A DNA stretch of 64,000 nucleotides, taken from assembly GCA_963665885.2 (NCBI GenBank), contig CAXXDR010000002.1:1186910-1250909 (forward strand), read 5' to 3'. The first letter of the stretch is position 1. Every line of letters begins with the position of its first letter. The notes beneath the pieces are model-generated. The model had not been told where the DNA came from, made no database searches, and worked only from the letters and a program-made list of their open reading frames with translations. The position numbers and the translations under genes were made by a program. Below are positions 60,571-64,000 of the stretch, one piece after another. Source of the stretch: Bacteroidales bacterium (GTDB taxonomy: Bacteria; Bacteroidota; Bacteroidia; Bacteroidales; JALOCA01).

Positions 60571-62127
60571 TTATTTTTCCTTTCTATTAATTTCGCTTAA
60601 ATAATTCTCCCATTGAGTTATTTTTTCATTTCTTAAAACCCGTGGAAATTTATTCTGACCTCCTTCTTTACCCTGTCTGCGTAGAAATTCATAAAATGTT
60701 TCCACCGGAAGAATTTCTACCATTACATCCCGGATTGCGGCAATTCGTTCTACGCGATAATCATCATTCAGGATTTTAAGGTATTCGTCAATTTTTCCCC
60801 TGACTAATTCCGGGTTTATGGTATTATTGGTACCGATATACCATTTATGGGCAAACATACTTTCGTGCCGGATTCCGGCAACGGTAAATTCTCTTACTTC
60901 GATATTAAATTCTTCTTCAAGCATTTGAATGGCACGATTCATGTTTTCCTGCGAAAGGTGTTCGCCGCACAGGTTTAGAAAATGCTTGGTTCGTCCGGTA
61001 ATCACAATTTCATGCAATTCCTTTGATGTAAATTTTACAGTGTCGCCTATCAAATAACGCCATGCACCTGAACAACTTGAAAGTAAAAGAGCATATTCTT
61101 TATTTTCCTCCACCTCATCAACGGTTAGCGTTGTTACGTTAGGTTTAAGATTATTTTCGGAATCAAAATTTTCGTCCAAAAAGGGAATGAACTCAAAAAA
61201 CAGGCCGTTATCCAAAACTAATTGCATACTGCTGGTGTTTGGGCGGCTTTGGTAGGCTAAAAATCCTTCGGAAGCAAGATATGTTTCGATATAGGTAAGC
61301 GGATGAGCAAGCAGTTTTTCAAAACCCTTAATATATGGTGTAAAAGATACACCTCCATGAACATAAATGGAAAGATTGGGCCAAACGTCATGGATAGTTT
61401 TAACATGATAATGTTCAATAATCCTTTCCAGAAGTATCTGAAGCCAGGCCGGAACACCCACAATTACACCTATATCCCATTCGCCGGCTTTGCGTACAAT
61501 TTCATCAAGTTTGGTTGACCAATCGCGTTCCTTGCTTATCCGCTTTCCCGGTTTATAAAAATGCTGAAACCAAAACGGAAGATTTCCAGCCGTAATGCCC
61601 GACAAGTCGCCTTCGTAATAGGTTCCGTTATAATGCAAATGAGTGCTACCACCCAACATCAAAATGCCTTTTTCATAAAATTCCTTGGGAAAATCGTAGC
61701 GCGCCAGCGAAAGCAACTCGCGTATACTTGTTCGCTTTATGGCGTGTATCATGTCGCTGGTTACCGGTATGTATTTACTTGAAGCTTCGGATGTACCGGA
61801 ACTCAGAGCGAAATATTTTACCTGCGTAGGCCAGCAAACATAGGTTTCACCGTTGAGGGTACGATACCACCATGATTTAAAAATGGAATTATAATCATGC
61901 ACCGGAACACTCTTCTTAAATGCACCAACAATGTCTTTATCAGGTATTATCTCCTGAAAACCATATTGTTCGCCAAAAGATGTGAATTGTGCCTTGCGAA
62001 GAAGCTTTTTTAATGTTTTACGTTGTTGAGCTATAGCCGATGGTTTCTTTGTAACCTCTAACGGAATTTTACTCCGAAATTCAATAGCACTTTTTATTAT
62101 TGAACCTAAAATAGGCATCATTTTCAA
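60571..62127 (-). CDS. GH3 (auxin-responsive promoter) family adenylating enzyme homolog
   Basis: The 518-aa ORF contains FALSSGTSEASSKYIPVT, YLASEGF and LCGEHLS motifs. It is 2 bp upstream of the LysE-family gene on the same strand. Confidence 0.75.
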   Translation of the reverse strand: MKMMPILGSIIKSAIEFRSKIPLEVTKKPSAIAQQRKTLKKLLRKAQFTSFGEQYGFQEIIPDKDIVGAFKKSVPVHDYNSIFKSWWYRTLNGETYVCWPTQVKYFALSSGTSEASSKYIPVTSDMIHAIKRTSIRELLSLARYDFPKEFYEKGILMLGGSTHLHYNGTYYEGDLSGITAGNLPFWFQHFYKPGKRISKERDWSTKLDEIVRKAGEWDIGVIVGVPAWLQILLERIIEHYHVKTIHDVWPNLSIYVHGGVSFTPYIKGFEKLLAHPLTYIETYLASEGFLAYQSRPNTSSMQLVLDNGLFFEFIPFLDENFDSENNLKPNVTTLTVDEVEENKEYALLLSSCSGAWRYLIGDTVKFTSKELHEIVITGRTKHFLNLCGEHLSQENMNRAIQMLEEEFNIEVREFTVAGIRHESMFAHKWYIGTNNTINPELVRGKIDEYLKILNDDYRVERIAAIRDVMVEILPVETFYEFLRRQGKEGGQNKFPRVLRNEKITQWENYLSEINRKEK

Positions 62128-62451
62128 TACAATAGTTGTTTACAATGGTTATTAATAAATCTGTTTTGCTAACTTCTAACGATATATTTTTTGACAAATT
62201 GCCACTTCCCCGCAAAGTTATAAATATTTATTAATATCCAAATTCCAATTCTTAGTATTTTTTTCATTCAGGGGCTGGAAACATCCATTTTAATAGATTT
62301 CCAACTATTTTCACCTGCTTTATTATGCTTGAAATAATGTTATTTTAAAGAGTTATTTGTATTTGAATTTCCACAATTTGTATGGATTGCGTTTGCAAAT
62401 AATTGCCGGTTATTTATATTTTCTTACTTTTGGCGATTCGTACGGTATCCC

Positions 62452-64000
62452 ATGAAAAAAAAGATTTTATGTCTTCTGATAATAATCTTATCAGCCGGTA
62501 ATCTGGTTTTTAGCCAATCTAACCCGGAAATTACATCATCAGAATTAAAGGCACATGTTTATTTTTTAGCCTCCGACTCGTTGAAGGGTCGTAAACCGGG
62601 AACCACCGAGAGTGGTATTGCCGCTGCCTATATTTGTAATAATTTCAGAAACGATAAGCTTAAATTACTGGATGCCGATGGGTTACAGTTCTTTGATTTA
62701 ATTACCGATATGAAAGCCGGAACGAATAATTCTTTTTTATTCAACGGTTTTACCGGAAAAATTAATGAAGATTTTATTCCGCTGTCTTTTTCAGCTAATG
62801 CCCGGTTACAGGCAGAAATAGTGTTTGCAGGATTTGGTTTTGATGTGGATTTCGATAGCATTTCGTTACATGATTATCAAAATGTGGATGTTAAAGGAAA
62901 ATGGGTGATGATTCTCCGTGGCGAACCCGATCCGGATAATTCCAACAGTCCGTTTGTAAACGTAAGCCAGGAACGCAGTAAAGTACTCACGGCTAAGGAT
63001 AAAGGCGCTGCCGGTGTTATTTTTGTTACCGGTGTGGAAATGAACGATAAAGACCGCCTGATTCCATTAACTTACGATATGACGGCTTCCGATGCCGGTA
63101 TTCCCGTGATCAACATCACACGAAAAGTGGCTGATCTTTTGCTGAAATCAACGCAAAAATCCATTGAAGAGATTGAAAAAGAGCTGATCAAATCAAAAAC
63201 GCCCGGATCATTTTACCTTCCGGTAACAGTGGATGCTTCCACGGAAGTGATTCCCGTAAAGGCAAAAGCACAAAATGTTGTTGCCCTGCTCGAAGGTAGC
63301 GATCCGGTTTTAAAAAACGAATACATCGTGGTAGGCGCTCATTATGATCATCTTGGGTTTGGCGGAAAAAACTCCGGCTCGCGTATGCCCGATACCGTTG
63401 CTATTCACAACGGAGCCGACGACAATGCTTCGGGTGTAGCCGCCGTGCTCGAACTGGCTCAGAAACTGGCTTCCGAACACATAAATCTGAAACGAAGTAT
63501 ACTTTTCGTAACTTTTGATGCCGAAGAAATGGGGATGATCGGTTCAAAATATTTTATTAAGCACCCACCAATTGCCAAGGATGAGATAAAAGCCATGATA
63601 AATCTTGATATGATTGGCAGACTAAAACCCGACAGCAAGGTAATTTCAATAGGCGGCACAGGCACAGCCAAAGAACTGGATTCCATCTTGACAATAGTTT
63701 CTGCCGACCGGATATTCACCGTCAGCCGTTCGCCTGAAGGCTACGGCCCAAGCGACCATGCCGCATTTTACAGCGAAAACATTCCGGTTCTGTTCTTTAC
63801 TACCGGCGCTCATGAGGATTACCACACGCCGATGGACAAAGCCGGTAAAATAGATTATGATTCGGAAGCAGAAATAGCTAAAATGGTTGACCAGTTGGTT
63901 TCTATCTTAGCAACGATGGATAAACCCTTAACTTTTAAAGAAGCCGGTCCCAAGGCACAACCCGAAAGCGGCCGAAGACTGAAGGTTACACTTGGCATCG
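62452..64000 (+). CDS. M28-family aminopeptidase with an inserted PA domain (3'-partial; runs off the window)
   Basis: It is absent from the ORF track because it has no stop in the window. My own translation from the ATG at 62452 gives MKKKILCLLIIILSAGNLVFSQSNPEITSSELKAHVYFLASDSLKGRKPGT... and later VVGAHYDHLGFGG, IHNGADDNASGVAAVLELA, FDAEEMGMIGSKYF and INLDMIGR. These are the M28 zinc-ligand motifs. Confidence 0.85.
   Translation, partial: MKKKILCLLIIILSAGNLVFSQSNPEITSSELKAHVYFLASDSLKGRKPGTTESGIAAAYICNNFRNDKLKLLDADGLQFFDLITDMKAGTNNSFLFNGFTGKINEDFIPLSFSANARLQAEIVFAGFGFDVDFDSISLHDYQNVDVKGKWVMILRGEPDPDNSNSPFVNVSQERSKVLTAKDKGAAGVIFVTGVEMNDKDRLIPLTYDMTASDAGIPVINITRKVADLLLKSTQKSIEEIEKELIKSKTPGSFYLPVTVDASTEVIPVKAKAQNVVALLEGSDPVLKNEYIVVGAHYDHLGFGGKNSGSRMPDTVAIHNGADDNASGVAAVLELAQKLASEHINLKRSILFVTFDAEEMGMIGSKYFIKHPPIAKDEIKAMINLDMIGRLKPDSKVISIGGTGTAKELDSILTIVSADRIFTVSRSPEGYGPSDHAAFYSENIPVLFFTTGAHEDYHTPMDKAGKIDYDSEAEIAKMVDQLVSILATMDKPLTFKEAGPKAQPESGRRLKVTLGI

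Noticed and set aside
1-64000. Search for tRNA, rRNA or tmRNA (ssrA, given smpB at 31579..32028), RNase P or SRP RNA in intergenic regions
   Set aside because: I saw no T-loop/acceptor-like GGTTCGAATCC-type motif and none of the conserved cores of these RNAs in any intergenic space. This was by eye only, so a covariance-model scan is still advisable.

Overview
The window looks like a Bacteroidota chromosomal segment. Supporting signs are the T9SS translocon gene sprA, PKD, BACON and T9SS C-terminal-domain cargo proteins, DUF3857/transglutaminase paralogs, a TAnnTTTG-type promoter, and a TPP riboswitch in front of a TonB-dependent receptor. Housekeeping genes I recognise are ridA, an LptD-like/amidase/MlaD/OstA-like envelope cluster, an M16C (PreP-like) peptidase, smpB, ruvA, a BaiN/HI0933-type flavoprotein, rplU-rpmA, recJ, a LysE-family exporter, a GH3-family protein, and an M28 peptidase. 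The M28 gene runs off the 3' end of the window and is missing from the ORF track. T9SS biology dominates: sprA (2415 aa) sits with three cargo genes, of 552 aa (type A CTD), 1428 aa (PKD-rich, type B CTD) and 3847 aa (type A CTD). The 3847-aa protein carries CUB-like, propeller-like, BACON and two cohesin-like modules. A separate beta-helix protein carries a dockerin-like module. Positions 20.4-28.5 kb form an AT-rich accessory patch with an orphan 384-aa gene, a third DUF3857/transglutaminase gene hit by both an IS5-family and an IS4-family element (both with recognisable IRs and target duplications), a MORN/YwqK-like gene, and a cysK 3' remnant. The most unusual signal is non-coding. Strictly phased tandem arrays lie upstream of secreted or outer-membrane protein genes, and three of them are each exactly 294 bp (7x42 bp or 14x21 bp). 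Two of these arrays are joined to a conserved ~210-235 bp hairpin module. Related word-built hairpins occur elsewhere in the window. No rRNA, tRNA, tmRNA or CRISPR locus was seen. All domain calls come from reading motifs by eye; no database search was run.
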